From Bacteroidales bacterium (lineage in GTDB: Bacteria > Bacteroidota > Bacteroidia > Bacteroidales > UBA932), in the NCBI GenBank assembly GCA_017546275.1, contig JAFYXE010000064.1:1-39006 (forward strand): a stretch of DNA of 39,006 bases. Reading direction: 5' to 3'. The notes below the pieces were generated by a model that was given only the letters and a program-made list of their open reading frames with translations, was not told where the DNA came from and searched no databases. Within the stretch, counting starts at the first letter, position 1; the number at the start of each line of letters is the position of its first letter. Positions 19,644 through 29,993 of the stretch are shown here, piece after piece. Both the position numbers and the translations under genes were made by a program.

Positions 19644-20585
19644 ATGAGTAGAAACACCATCAGATTAGAAGCCATAGACCCGCTTGAGATCTATGGAGCA
19701 GCAAATAAGAACCTCGAGGCTCTTTGCAGTTATTTCCCTGAGTTAAAGGTAATTGCAAGAGGCAACGAGATCATCCTGGAAGGAAGCGACGAAGACATTG
19801 AGAACTTCACAGTGAAACTCAAGATGCTGATTGAAAGACGCCACCACAAGATGAACGTAACTCCTTACGATGTGGAAGACCTCTTCGACGGAGAAGCCAC
19901 ACCTGACAGATACAAGCTCTGCGGCAACTCTGTCATAGTGCACGGCAACGACGGAAAGCCTATCAAGGCCAGGAACAGGACTCAGGAGGAGATGGTGAAA
20001 GCCTACTTCGGCAACGATCTCATCTTCGCAGTCGGCCCGGCAGGTACCGGAAAGACATACATCGCCATTGCATTGGCAGTCAGGGCTTTGAAGAACAGGG
20101 AGATCAAAAGGATCATACTTACACGTCCGGCCGTGGAAGCAGGTGAACGCCTCGGCTTCCTGCCAGGAGACCTCAAGGACAAGCTCGACCCGTATCTCCA
20201 GCCTCTTTATGATGCCTTGGGAGATATGATTCCTGCAAAGAGACTTCAGGAGTTTATGACCGAGGGCACAATCCAGATCGCTCCCCTCGCCTATATGCGA
20301 GGCCGCACTCTCGACAGGGCCTGTGTGATTCTCGACGAGGCGCAGAACACCAACCTCGGACAGTTGAAGATGTTCCTCACCCGTATGGGATGCGATGCCA
20401 AGTTCATCGTCACAGGAGACGCCAGCCAGATCGACCTTCCTAACAAAAGGGATTCAGGCCTCCTCAAGGGCATAGAGCTTACGAAGAACATCAAGGGGAT
20501 ACAGACAATCACCTTCCGCAACGAAGACATTGTCCGTCACCCTCTCGTCACCAAGATCGTCAAGGCTTTCGAAAAGGCAGAATAA
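19644..20585 (+). CDS. phoH: PhoH-family ATPase
   Basis: GPAGTGKT, RPAVEAGERLGFLPG, AYMRGRTL, DEAQN, GDASQIDL, DIVRHPLV. Confidence 0.95.
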   Translation: MSRNTIRLEAIDPLEIYGAANKNLEALCSYFPELKVIARGNEIILEGSDEDIENFTVKLKMLIERRHHKMNVTPYDVEDLFDGEATPDRYKLCGNSVIVHGNDGKPIKARNRTQEEMVKAYFGNDLIFAVGPAGTGKTYIAIALAVRALKNREIKRIILTRPAVEAGERLGFLPGDLKDKLDPYLQPLYDALGDMIPAKRLQEFMTEGTIQIAPLAYMRGRTLDRACVILDEAQNTNLGQLKMFLTRMGCDAKFIVTGDASQIDLPNKRDSGLLKGIELTKNIKGIQTITFRNEDIVRHPLVTKIVKAFEKAE

Positions 20586-20615
20586 AAAAAGGCAGCTCGA
20601 TTTGAGCTGCCTTTT
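20585..20615. terminator. Bidirectional terminator between phoH and the TPR gene
   Basis: AAAAGGCAGCTC-GATTT-GAGCTGCCTTTT. Confidence 0.85.
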
Positions 20616-20633
20616 CTATTGTATTTCAACTGA

Positions 20634-21953
20634 TTAGTTGATGCCGTTCTTTACGATGTCATCATACTTCTTGTAACCGGCCTCATACTGCTCACCCTTA
20701 GAGTAGAAGCGGTAGTAGATGTTCTTGAGGTACTCGGCGATGCTCACCTTGAGGTTGTTGTCCTTTGTAACCTCGAATGCCTTCTCGAATGGATCGATAG
20801 CGTCCATAAGGGCCTTCTCGAACTGCTCAACGAGAGCGTTGTACTTAGCGTCATCGTACTCGTTTGAAGCCTCCTCAGAAAGCTTTACAGCGAGCTCGTA
20901 GTAGAGAACACCTGCTCCGATGTAACCGAACTCGTAAGCTGGGTTGATGTCTGCGCACTGGTAGTAAGCTGCTACAGCCTTCTCGACGTTGCCGAGCTCC
21001 TTGTATATGTTACCCTCAACGTAGTAGAGAGAAGCGTTGTCAGGCTCGTTCTGCTTAGCCATAGCGATGAGCTCGAAGAGTCTGTCCGCGTTCTCGTTGT
21101 TCTCAAGATAGTAGTTGATGAGACCGATGAGGATGCTCTGGCTCTGTGGATAAGTAACGAAACCTGTCTCGAGGACCTCTGCGCTCTTCTTAGCGTCACC
21201 GAGGTTCTTGTAAACGTCAGCGAGCTTTGCGAAAACCTCACCATCATCATAGTAATAGTTTACAGCGAGACACTTCTCGAAGTAAGTCTTTGCTCTCTCA
21301 TAATCCTTTACCATCCAAGCTGTGAAACCTGCGTTGTAAAGAGATGTAGTGTCAACCTGTGCGAGAGGCTCAGTAGCCATAGCGTCAGCTGCGAGACCGA
21401 AAAGCTCACTTGCCTTTGCGAGATCGCCGAGCTGATAGCTGTTCATACCCTCGCTGAGGTACTTCTGTGAAATCTGGGTGAGACCAGTGTTGATATCCTT
21501 AACCTTTGACTTCTTGAGGTCAACCTCGTATGCCTTCTTGTAAGCCTCTACAGCCTTTGCAAGAGCGTTCTCGCATACTGGGTTAGTCACGTTGATAAGG
21601 ATGATCTGACCGCTCTGGTTGAAGTAAAGCTCCTTGTCAGCGAAAATCTGCTTGAGGCAAGGCTCGCCACCGAGAACTGCCTGCTCCTCAGCAACTGGCT
21701 TCTGGTTACCCAAAAGAAGCGGAAGCTCCTGGAAACCTGCACCAACCCAAAGGTTACCTGTAGGAGCGTTGTATGCATCCATATAAGCAGTAGCAAGCTT
21801 TGTCCAAGTAGCCACCTTTACTGCCTTCTTAGGGTTCTGTGCTGCAACTTCAGCCGCCTCAACTGCCTTCTTGGCAGCCTCTGGAGTCTTCACCTGTGCA
21901 TCAGCTACCTGTACTGAAAGAAGGACTGCCAATGCGATAAGAATTCTTTTCAT
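20634..21953 (-). CDS. Exported tetratricopeptide-repeat protein
   Basis: Signal peptide, repeated TPR helices (YNAGFTA...AKTYFEKCL, YYVEGNIYKELGNVEKA); directly downstream of gyrA. Confidence 0.85.
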   Translation of the reverse strand: MKRILIALAVLLSVQVADAQVKTPEAAKKAVEAAEVAAQNPKKAVKVATWTKLATAYMDAYNAPTGNLWVGAGFQELPLLLGNQKPVAEEQAVLGGEPCLKQIFADKELYFNQSGQIILINVTNPVCENALAKAVEAYKKAYEVDLKKSKVKDINTGLTQISQKYLSEGMNSYQLGDLAKASELFGLAADAMATEPLAQVDTTSLYNAGFTAWMVKDYERAKTYFEKCLAVNYYYDDGEVFAKLADVYKNLGDAKKSAEVLETGFVTYPQSQSILIGLINYYLENNENADRLFELIAMAKQNEPDNASLYYVEGNIYKELGNVEKAVAAYYQCADINPAYEFGYIGAGVLYYELAVKLSEEASNEYDDAKYNALVEQFEKALMDAIDPFEKAFEVTKDNNLKVSIAEYLKNIYYRFYSKGEQYEAGYKKYDDIVKNGIN

Positions 21954-21970
21954 AATGTTGTGATATTAAG

Positions 21971-24496
21971 TTAATTATTTGTATTCTCTGTGTTCTCGGT
22001 CTGCTCAGTCTGCTGTTCTGCCGGCTGATCTTCCTCAGTCTTGTTTACTGCAGAAACCGCCGCGATAGCATCACCGTCCTTGATGTTGATGAGACGTACA
22101 CCCTGAGTAGCACGGCCAGCCTGCTTGATGCCTGAAACCGCCATCCTGATGGTGAGACCTGACTTGTTGATGATCATAAGGTCATTCTCGTCAGTTACGT
22201 TCTTGATAGCCACGAGTGCACCTGTCTTCTCTGTGATCTGGAGCGTCTTAACACCCTTTCCGCCTCTGCTTGTCTTGCGGTACTCATCGAAGTCTGTGCG
22301 CTTTCCGTAACCGTTCTCGCTGACTACGAGGATTGTGTGTGCAGCCGCATCCTCAGCTGTAGGATCATAGGTAATCATACCTACAACTTCATCATCATCT
22401 TCAATATTTATGCCGCGCACACCTGATGCAGTTCTTCCGAGTGCTCTTGCATCCGCCTCATCGAAGCGGCAGCAGCGTCCGTTGCGGCCTGCAAGGAGGA
22501 TCTCGCTGTGACCGTTGGTCATAACTGCCTCGAGGAGTTCGTCTCCGTCACGTACTGTGATCGCGATCACACCGTTTGTACGAGGACGTGAGTAAGCCTC
22601 GAGAGATGTCTTCTTGATGATACCCTTCTTGGTACCGAGGACAATATAGTTGTTGTTGATGTAATCCTCATCCTTGAGGTTCTTCACATTGAGGTATGCC
22701 TTGATCTTGTCATCCGGCTCGATGTTGATAACGTTCTGGATCGCACGACCCTTTGATGCACGTGATCCCTCTGGAATCTCGTAAACCTTGAGCCAGTAGC
22801 ACTTACCGTTCTGAGTGAAGAGGAGCATAGTGCTGTGCATATTCGCAACATAGATATGCTCGATGAAATCCTCGTCACGAGTAGCGCTTCCCTTCATACC
22901 TACGCCGCCTCTGTTCTGGAGACGATACTCGGCAAGTGAAGTTCTCTTGATATATCCGAGATGAGAGATTGTGATGACCACATCCTCATCAGCATAGAAG
23001 TCCTCCGGGTTGAACTCTTCTGAAGAAAGGGCGATCTCTGTTCTTCTTGCGTCGCCGTACTTCTCCTTCATTTCGAGAGTCTCGTCCTTGATGATGCCGA
23101 GCTGGAGATGCTCGTTTGCAAGAACATCTTCGCAGTACTTGATGAACTTCATAAGTTCGTCGTACTCGCTCTGGAGCTTCTCTCTCTCGAGTCCTGTGAG
23201 CTGGCGGAGTCTCATCTCCACGATAGCTGTCGCCTGAACCTCAGTAAATGCGAACTGCTGCATAAGCTCTGCCTTCGCATCCTCGACATTCTTTGAAGAG
23301 CGGATGATGTTGATGATCTGATCGATCACATCGAGAGCCTTGAGGAGTCCCTCGAGGATATGCGCCCTCTTCTGAGCCTTGTCGAGATCGAACTTGGTTC
23401 TGCGGAGGATAACCTCGTGTCTGTGTCTTACGAAGTATTTGATGAGATCCTTGAGGTTGAGCGTACGAGGACGTCCGTTCACAAGGGCCACGTTGTTCAC
23501 CGAGAAGCTTGACTGAAGCGGAGTATACTTGAAGAGAGTGTTGAGAACCACATTCGAGTTCGCGTCTTTCTTGAGACGGATCACGATGCGGACACCCTTC
23601 ATAGTAGTCTCGTCGTTGATGTATGCGATACCGTCGATCCTCTTGGTCTCAACGAGCTCTGCGATCTTCTCGATCATCTCTCTCTTGTTGACCATATACG
23701 GGATCTCAGTCACAACGATGGTCTCACGGCCCGAGTCGCTCACCTCGATGTCTGTCTTCGAACGGATAACGATACGGCCACGACCTGTCTCGAATGCATC
23801 CTTGATGCCCTGACGGCCCTGGATGATACCTCCTGTAGGGAAGTCCGGACCCTTCACGTAATGCATCAGCTCCTCGACAGTGATATCAGGATTGTCGATG
23901 TATGCGCAGATGGCGTCGCAGCACTCAGTAAGGTTGTGCGGAGCCATATTTGTCGCCATACCTACAGCGATACCTGATGAACCGTTGAGAAGAAGGAGAG
24001 GAATCTTTGTAGGGAGAACAGTCGGCTCCTGAAGAGAGTCGTCGAAGTTGTTCTGGAAATCCACTGTATCCTTCTCGAGGTCTGCAAGCACCTCGTCAGA
24101 AAGTTTCGAGAGCTTTGCCTCGGTGTATCGCATTGCAGCCACAGGGTCACCGTCCATCGAACCGAAGTTACCCTGTCCGAATACGAGCGGGTATCTAAGG
24201 CTCCAGTCCTGAGCCATTCTGGCCATAGCGTCGTAAACGCTGGAGTCTCCGTGCGGATGGTACTTACCGAGAACCTCACCGACGATACGGGCAGACTTCT
24301 TGGTCTGGCTGGTATGTCTGAGTCCGAGGCCGTCCATTCCGAAGAGAACTCTTCTGTGTACAGGCTTGAAACCGTCACGCACGTCAGGGAGTGCCCTGGA
24401 CACGATTACAGACATTGAGTAGTCGATATACGCATTCCTCATCTGCTGGTCGATGTTCACCTGCTCAATTCTACCTGTTTTTACCTCATTTTCCAT
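21971..24496 (-). CDS. gyrA: DNA gyrase subunit A
   Basis: [24 protein letters not shown], GyrA-box QNRGGVG, beta-pinwheel repeats. Confidence 0.98.
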   Translation of the reverse strand: MENEVKTGRIEQVNIDQQMRNAYIDYSMSVIVSRALPDVRDGFKPVHRRVLFGMDGLGLRHTSQTKKSARIVGEVLGKYHPHGDSSVYDAMARMAQDWSLRYPLVFGQGNFGSMDGDPVAAMRYTEAKLSKLSDEVLADLEKDTVDFQNNFDDSLQEPTVLPTKIPLLLLNGSSGIAVGMATNMAPHNLTECCDAICAYIDNPDITVEELMHYVKGPDFPTGGIIQGRQGIKDAFETGRGRIVIRSKTDIEVSDSGRETIVVTEIPYMVNKREMIEKIAELVETKRIDGIAYINDETTMKGVRIVIRLKKDANSNVVLNTLFKYTPLQSSFSVNNVALVNGRPRTLNLKDLIKYFVRHRHEVILRRTKFDLDKAQKRAHILEGLLKALDVIDQIINIIRSSKNVEDAKAELMQQFAFTEVQATAIVEMRLRQLTGLEREKLQSEYDELMKFIKYCEDVLANEHLQLGIIKDETLEMKEKYGDARRTEIALSSEEFNPEDFYADEDVVITISHLGYIKRTSLAEYRLQNRGGVGMKGSATRDEDFIEHIYVANMHSTMLLFTQNGKCYWLKVYEIPEGSRASKGRAIQNVINIEPDDKIKAYLNVKNLKDEDYINNNYIVLGTKKGIIKKTSLEAYSRPRTNGVIAITVRDGDELLEAVMTNGHSEILLAGRNGRCCRFDEADARALGRTASGVRGINIEDDDEVVGMITYDPTAEDAAAHTILVVSENGYGKRTDFDEYRKTSRGGKGVKTLQITEKTGALVAIKNVTDENDLMIINKSGLTIRMAVSGIKQAGRATQGVRLINIKDGDAIAAVSAVNKTEEDQPAEQQTEQTENTENTNN

Positions 24497-24534
24497 ATAT
24501 GATATTTACTTTTTATCTTGATTATACATCTTGG

Positions 24535-24562
24535 CAAAGTTACAAAAAAATTAGTAATTTTG
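24535..24562. promoter_or_regulatory. Back-to-back promoter elements for gyrA and clpC
   Basis: TAACTTTG on minus at 24535-24542 and TAATTTTG on plus at 24555-24562. Confidence 0.7.
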
Positions 24563-24610
24563 TGCAATCAAGAACGATTTTAATAGTAACAGACATATTT
24601 TTTCGCATAT

Positions 24611-26956
24611 ATGGAAATCAGCATATCGGACGAGCTCAATTCAATCATCAATTTCTCGAGAGAAGAGGCTATGAGAACGGGCAGTTACGGCATTGCCCCT
24701 GACCATCTTTTCCTCGGAATGCTCCGCCACAGAGAGAACACCGGAGTAGACGCTTTGCGCGGCACCGTCATCGACATAGAGGAGATGAAGGAGTTCATCG
24801 ACGGCAGGATATTCACCAACGAGCACGTCCCTTATTCGGACATCGACAAGGTCTCGTTTTCACGCGGAGCACAGAATGTGCTCAGCCTCACAATCCTTGA
24901 GGCGACCAAGGTGCGCAGCGCCAAGGCGGCTTCACAGCACCTTCTTCTCGCCCTCTGCAGGGCCGGAGGTTCTTACGGCTACACATTTATGCGTGACCAG
25001 GGAATCGACTACGAGCACATCTTCAAGTATCTGGACAGGAACGAACTGCTTGACAGAGACACTGCCGTGCAGACCCCTTCGGAGAGCGAAAAGCCGGAGG
25101 AGGAAGCTCCGCAGATCCGCATCCGAGCAGTCCAGGAGAACGCCGAGGAACCGGAGAAACAGACATCTCCGCTCGAGGAGTTCGGATACGACATCACACA
25201 GGCTGCAAGAGAAGGCAGACTGGATCCGCTCGTAGGACGAGAGGACGAGATCCAGAGGGTGATACAGATCCTTGGCCGCAGACGCAAGAACAACCCGATG
25301 CTCGTGGGCGACCCGGGAGTCGGAAAGTCTGCCATCGTGGAGGGAATCGCGCTCAAGATCGTATCCGGCGACATACCGCCTGTCCTTGCCGACAAACGAC
25401 TCATATCACTTGACCTCGGTTCTATCGTGGCAGGCACAAAATACCGCGGAGACTTCGAGAAGAGACTCAAGTCGATCATCAACGAGGTGGCAGCAAATCC
25501 GGATGTCATCCTGTTCATAGACGAGTTCCACACTATCGTCGGAGCCGGCGGCGCATCAGGAAGTCTGGACGCTGCGAATATGCTGAAGCCGGCGCTTGCG
25601 CGAGGCGATATCCAGTGCATCGGAGCGACCACTATGGACGAGTTCCACAAGATCGTGGAGAAGGACGGAGCGCTTGACAGAAGATTCCAGAAGATCGTAG
25701 TGGAACACACTGACGTTCAGCACACTATATCCATCCTTACAAGACTGAAGACCAACTATGAGAAGCATCACAATGTAACTTATACAGAGGATGCGATCGA
25801 GGCTTGCGTAAGGATGTCGGAGCGATATATCACGGACAGATGTCTGCCGGACAAGGCGATTGACGCTATGGACGAAGCTGGCTCTATGGTGCGTCTGAAA
25901 AACCCGCAGAAGAAAGGCACAGTCACAGCAGAGGATGTGGCTACAATCATATCGAAGATGACCGGAATCCCTTCGGGAAAGGTAGCTGAAAGCGAGGGAG
26001 GAAAACTGATGAATATGCGTCAGAAACTCCAGAAGAGGATTATCGGACAGGACGAGGCTATCGACAAGGTAGTCAGGGCAATACAGAGAAACAGAGCCGG
26101 CATCAAGGATCCGGGCAAGCCTATCGGAACCTTCATCTTCTTCGGCCCTACAGGAGTTGGAAAGACACAGCTTGCCAAGTCGCTTGCGGAGTATCTTTTC
26201 GATTCGGAAGACAATATGATCCGACTCGATATGAGCGAATATATGGAGAAGTTCAATGTATCGAGACTCATCGGAGCGCCTCCGGGCTATGTGGGATTCG
26301 AGGAAGGAGGACAGCTGAGCGAAAGAGTAAGGCGCAAGCCGTACTGCGTCGTGCTGCTGGATGAGATCGAGAAGGCTCATCCTGATGTGTTCAATATCCT
26401 TCTCCAGGTTATGGACGAAGGACGTCTGACAGACAGCAACGGAAGGACTGTAAGTTTCCGCAACACCATCGTGATTATGACATCCAACGTGGGCAGCAGG
26501 GAACTTGAGGAATACGGCACAGGAGTCGGTTTCAACACCGCCGGCAAGAATGTGAACGTAAACCGCAAGGCAGTCCTTGAAAAGGCTGTCAGAAAGGCAT
26601 TCCCGCCTGAATTCATCAACAGAGTGGATGAGCAGGTATTCTTCAACCCTCTCACCAAGGAGGACATCGAGAAGATCATCGATATCGAACTCAAGGGTCT
26701 CAAGCAGAGAGTAAAGGAAGCGGGATTCGGCCTCAAGGTCACAGCGGCAGCCAAAAGATTTGTCGCAGACACAGGCTACGATCCGAATTATGGTGCCAGA
26801 CCGCTCAAGAGAGCCATCCAAAGACTCATCGAGGACCCTGTTTCCGAGCATATCATCGCAGACCGTATGCTTTCCGGAAAGAACGCCAGAAAAGATGCGG
26901 ATATCCGCGTGAGTCTGACCAAGGACAAGGAGAACACTCTGGTGGAATGGGTCTAA
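24611..26956 (+). CDS. clpC: Clp protease ATP-binding subunit (ClpC/ClpA class), middle domain absent
   Basis: Clp N-domain, GDPGVGKS, FIDEFH, GPTGVGKT, LLDEIEKAH, ClpP-binding loop GVGF, YGARPLKR. Confidence 0.9.
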   Translation: MEISISDELNSIINFSREEAMRTGSYGIAPDHLFLGMLRHRENTGVDALRGTVIDIEEMKEFIDGRIFTNEHVPYSDIDKVSFSRGAQNVLSLTILEATKVRSAKAASQHLLLALCRAGGSYGYTFMRDQGIDYEHIFKYLDRNELLDRDTAVQTPSESEKPEEEAPQIRIRAVQENAEEPEKQTSPLEEFGYDITQAAREGRLDPLVGREDEIQRVIQILGRRRKNNPMLVGDPGVGKSAIVEGIALKIVSGDIPPVLADKRLISLDLGSIVAGTKYRGDFEKRLKSIINEVAANPDVILFIDEFHTIVGAGGASGSLDAANMLKPALARGDIQCIGATTMDEFHKIVEKDGALDRRFQKIVVEHTDVQHTISILTRLKTNYEKHHNVTYTEDAIEACVRMSERYITDRCLPDKAIDAMDEAGSMVRLKNPQKKGTVTAEDVATIISKMTGIPSGKVAESEGGKLMNMRQKLQKRIIGQDEAIDKVVRAIQRNRAGIKDPGKPIGTFIFFGPTGVGKTQLAKSLAEYLFDSEDNMIRLDMSEYMEKFNVSRLIGAPPGYVGFEEGGQLSERVRRKPYCVVLLDEIEKAHPDVFNILLQVMDEGRLTDSNGRTVSFRNTIVIMTSNVGSRELEEYGTGVGFNTAGKNVNVNRKAVLEKAVRKAFPPEFINRVDEQVFFNPLTKEDIEKIIDIELKGLKQRVKEAGFGLKVTAAAKRFVADTGYDPNYGARPLKRAIQRLIEDPVSEHIIADRMLSGKNARKDADIRVSLTKDKENTLVEWV

Positions 26957-27075
26957 GCCATATCCATTCCCATAAGTTCAAGATCCAGATCACTTATCAG
27001 ATCCACAAGAGTTCTGTAAGAAGCTTCAGAAGTGAACATTGTGCTGAGGCCTGAAAGTGTGTTTTCTGTATTCAT
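26953..27075 (-). CDS. Putative 40-aa acidic small protein (missing from the ORF track)
   Basis: MNTENTLSGLSTMFTSEASYRTLVDLISDLDLELMGMDMA*; A-rich leader; TATCTTTG promoter 38 nt upstream; fills the intergenic gap. Confidence 0.65.
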   Translation of the reverse strand: MNTENTLSGLSTMFTSEASYRTLVDLISDLDLELMGMDMA

Positions 27076-27113
27076 AACTGTATGTTTTAAAGGTTTCTAT
27101 CTGTTTGTTGATG

Positions 27114-27149
27114 CAAAGATAGACCCACATTGTGCCAATCTATGGCACA
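27114..27149 (-). promoter_or_regulatory. -7 promoter (TATCTTTG, 27114-27121) plus palindrome TGTGCCA-N5-TGGCACA (27131-27149)
   Basis: Read directly; the palindrome lies about where the -33 element would be. Confidence 0.6.
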
Positions 27150-27169
27150 TCAAATAAATTTTTGCAAAT

Positions 27170-27835
27170 ATGATAAGACTTGTAGTATTCGACCTTGACG
27201 GAACGCTTCTGGACACACGTAGAGACATCGCAGAGGCCTGCAACTATGCCCTCAGAAGCTGTGGCTGCCCCGAGCGCAGTCTGGGAGAGTACAATATGCT
27301 CGTCGGACGCGGCATAACCAATCTTTTCAGAGGTGCACTCCCCGAGGAATGCAGGAGCGAGGAGATGGTTGAGAAGATGAGATCATTCTTCGTGCCGTAT
27401 TACAATGAGCACAGCTGCGACTTCACCGCTCCATATGAGGGAGTCGATGAACTCCTTGAGAACATAGCAGGAAAAGGTGTGGCTCTTGCAATAGCATCAA
27501 ACAAATACCAGCAGGGCACCCAGGGGCTTGTCGACAGATATTTCGGCCGCCACAGTTTCGCCGCCGTGCTCGGGGAAAGGCCGGGACACCCTATCAAGCC
27601 TGATCCTTCGATTGTACTTGAGGCAATGGAGGCGGCAGGAGTCACAGACCCGGACGAAGTGGTATATTGCGGTGATTCGGACGTGGATATGAAGACAGGC
27701 ATCGGCGCAGGAGTAAAGACAGTCGGAGTGACCTGGGGCTTCAGAACCAGAGAGGAACTTGAGGCATATTCGCCTTGGATGCTTGCCGACACCGCAGGGC
27801 AAATCTACGAAGCTCTGTCGCAGTATCTGAAATAA
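27170..27835 (+). CDS. HAD-superfamily hydrolase (phosphoglycolate phosphatase-like)
   Basis: FDLDGTLLDT, ASNK, KPDP, GDSDVD, VTWGFR. Confidence 0.9.
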   Translation: MIRLVVFDLDGTLLDTRRDIAEACNYALRSCGCPERSLGEYNMLVGRGITNLFRGALPEECRSEEMVEKMRSFFVPYYNEHSCDFTAPYEGVDELLENIAGKGVALAIASNKYQQGTQGLVDRYFGRHSFAAVLGERPGHPIKPDPSIVLEAMEAAGVTDPDEVVYCGDSDVDMKTGIGAGVKTVGVTWGFRTREELEAYSPWMLADTAGQIYEALSQYLK

Positions 27836-27873
27836 ATATTTATATTTGAGCAGCAAACCCAAACACCGAGGTT

Positions 27874-29043
27874 ATGAGAACAAACGAAAGATATACTGAC
27901 AAACTCGCGAAATACATTCTTCTTGCAGCCGGAATCGGCATCGCTGCAGCATTATGCTGGTTCTTCAAGAATGTACTCATATATATTCTCGTAGCGGTAG
28001 TGGTATCACTGATAGCAAAGCCTATAATGGTATCACTCAAGAAGATAAGCATCAAGGGACGCAAGGCTCCGGACTGGCTGCTCGCCGCCCTCTCGCTTGC
28101 CATCGTAATGGGAATACTGACAGCAGTAGCCTATATCATAGTCCCTATCGTCAGCGGAATCATCAAGAACATCTCGATGAGCAACATCGAGGGAGCCGCC
28201 AAGAGCGTCGCTGTCCCTCTCGCGAACCTCAACGAATATCTCAGGACCAGTTTCACATCACTGGGCAGCGACTTCAGGCTTGAGATAGCAGTCCTGCAGG
28301 AAGTCCAGAAACTGTTCAACCCTGCCGAGTTCTCCAACTGGATAGGATCTGCAGCATCATTCATAACAAGCCTCGGGGTGGGCCTGTTCTCTGTGGTCTT
28401 CATAGGTTTCTTCTTCATCAAGGATGACGGACTCTTCACCGAGATAGTATGCGCACTCGTCCCGGACAGACACGAGGCCACTACCGAAAAGGCGATCTCT
28501 GATATAGGACATCTACTTTCGAGATATTTCACAGGAGTGATGATAGAGGTGGCAGGAGTTGCGCTGATAAACTTCCTCGGACTCTTCCTCGTCGCAAGAC
28601 TCGGAATCAACGCCGCACTTGGAATCGCCTTCCTGACAGGCATATTCAACATCATTCCTTACGTAGGTCCTCTTCTCGGAGGAGCACTCGGAACAGTACT
28701 GGGACTCATCCTCAAATACAGCAGTGCAACGCCTGTGGGTCTGGACGTGAACTTCTGGATATTCACAACCATCCTGATAGCGATATTCTGCGTCACCCAG
28801 CTGGTGGACAACTTCCTCTATCAGCCTCTAATCTACTCGACAAGCATCAAGGCAAAGCCTCTCGAGATCTTCATCGTCCTGCTCATCGTGGGACACATCG
28901 GAGGCCCTATGTCGATGATCATAGCGATACCGGTTTATACAGTCTTCCGTGTGATCGCATTCCGCTTCTTCGGACATATCAAGGCTATCAAGCGACTGAT
29001 TCCGGACGAGAAGCTTATAACATCAGATGAAAACGAAGAATAA
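27874..29043 (+). CDS. AI-2E family transporter
   Basis: Multiple TM segments; NIIPYVGP, QLVDNFLYQPLIY, MIIAIP; TATATTTG promoter at 27841-27848. Confidence 0.9.
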   Translation: MRTNERYTDKLAKYILLAAGIGIAAALCWFFKNVLIYILVAVVVSLIAKPIMVSLKKISIKGRKAPDWLLAALSLAIVMGILTAVAYIIVPIVSGIIKNISMSNIEGAAKSVAVPLANLNEYLRTSFTSLGSDFRLEIAVLQEVQKLFNPAEFSNWIGSAASFITSLGVGLFSVVFIGFFFIKDDGLFTEIVCALVPDRHEATTEKAISDIGHLLSRYFTGVMIEVAGVALINFLGLFLVARLGINAALGIAFLTGIFNIIPYVGPLLGGALGTVLGLILKYSSATPVGLDVNFWIFTTILIAIFCVTQLVDNFLYQPLIYSTSIKAKPLEIFIVLLIVGHIGGPMSMIIAIPVYTVFRVIAFRFFGHIKAIKRLIPDEKLITSDENEE

Positions 29044-29044
29044 T

Positions 29045-29989
29045 ATGAAGAAAATCCTTATTGCATTCGCACTTGTATGGTGTGCATTCTCTACAGCATC
29101 GGCTGCTGAGAAGATTTCCCCTGACGGAACATACCTTTTCGTCGAAAGAGACACCTGCGAGCTCTTCCTTGACGTCTATAACCCGGCAAAGGGCAGCATC
29201 ACCAAGATCGACGGGAAGACAAAGCCTACAATCATATTTATGTTCGGAGGCGGATTCATCGGAGGCGCCCGTGACGACGAGGGCTACAACGGCTGGTTCA
29301 AGACTATGACCGACAACGGATACAGAATCATCTCCATCGACTATCGTCTCGGACTCAAAGGTTCGAACAAAGTGGGAGTGGCTCAGGTAAATGTACTGGA
29401 CAAGGCCATCCATATGGCAGTAGAGGACCTTTTCAGCGCGACAGCATTCATCATTGAAAATGCGGAACAGCTTGGCGTGGACCCTTCAAACATCGTCATC
29501 AGCGGTTCTTCTGCAGGAGCGATCAGCGTAATGCAGGCAGAGTACGAGGTCTGCAACAGGACATCCTGGACAAATACTCTTCCGGAAGGATTCAGATATG
29601 CAGGCGTGATGTCGTTTGCAGGAGCCATCCTTTCGAGAGAGGGTAAAGTAAACTATAAGGAACGACCTTGCCCGACTCTTATGCTCCACGGCACTGCGGA
29701 CAAACTCGTTCCTTACGAACAGATCGCCTTCTTCAATCTTGGATTCTTCGGAGCCGGAAAGCTTGTGAAGAGATTCGAGAAGTTCGGATTCAACTATAAT
29801 ATGTATCATTTCATCGACTACGGCCACGAGATTGCCGGCTCGATGAACACTACAACAGACCTCCAGTTCAAGTTCCTTGAAACAAACGTGATGAACGGAA
29901 AGGAGAGAATCATTGAAGCTTGGGTTACAGACCCGAACGTATGGAAAGGTTCGGGCCCGCAATCAAGAAAAGAGCTTTATCACAAATAA
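29045..29989 (+). CDS. Exported alpha/beta hydrolase (esterase/lipase)
   Basis: Signal peptide from MKKIL; FGGGF, DYRL, GSSAG, HGTADKLVP, GHE. Alternative start 29027. Confidence 0.85.
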   Translation: MKKILIAFALVWCAFSTASAAEKISPDGTYLFVERDTCELFLDVYNPAKGSITKIDGKTKPTIIFMFGGGFIGGARDDEGYNGWFKTMTDNGYRIISIDYRLGLKGSNKVGVAQVNVLDKAIHMAVEDLFSATAFIIENAEQLGVDPSNIVISGSSAGAISVMQAEYEVCNRTSWTNTLPEGFRYAGVMSFAGAILSREGKVNYKERPCPTLMLHGTADKLVPYEQIAFFNLGFFGAGKLVKRFEKFGFNYNMYHFIDYGHEIAGSMNTTTDLQFKFLETNVMNGKERIIEAWVTDPNVWKGSGPQSRKELYHK

Positions 29990-29993
29990 TCTG

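Noticed and set aside
25556-26851. 431-aa antisense ORF opposite clpC, plus other long antisense ORFs (9445-10164, 25009-25710, 36225-37130)
   Set aside because: They shadow well-conserved genes, show no recognisable motifs, and are expected from biased codon usage.
27100-27170. Sigma-54 promoter at TGGCAC...TTGCA
   Set aside because: Spacing is 13-15 nt on both strands instead of the required 5.
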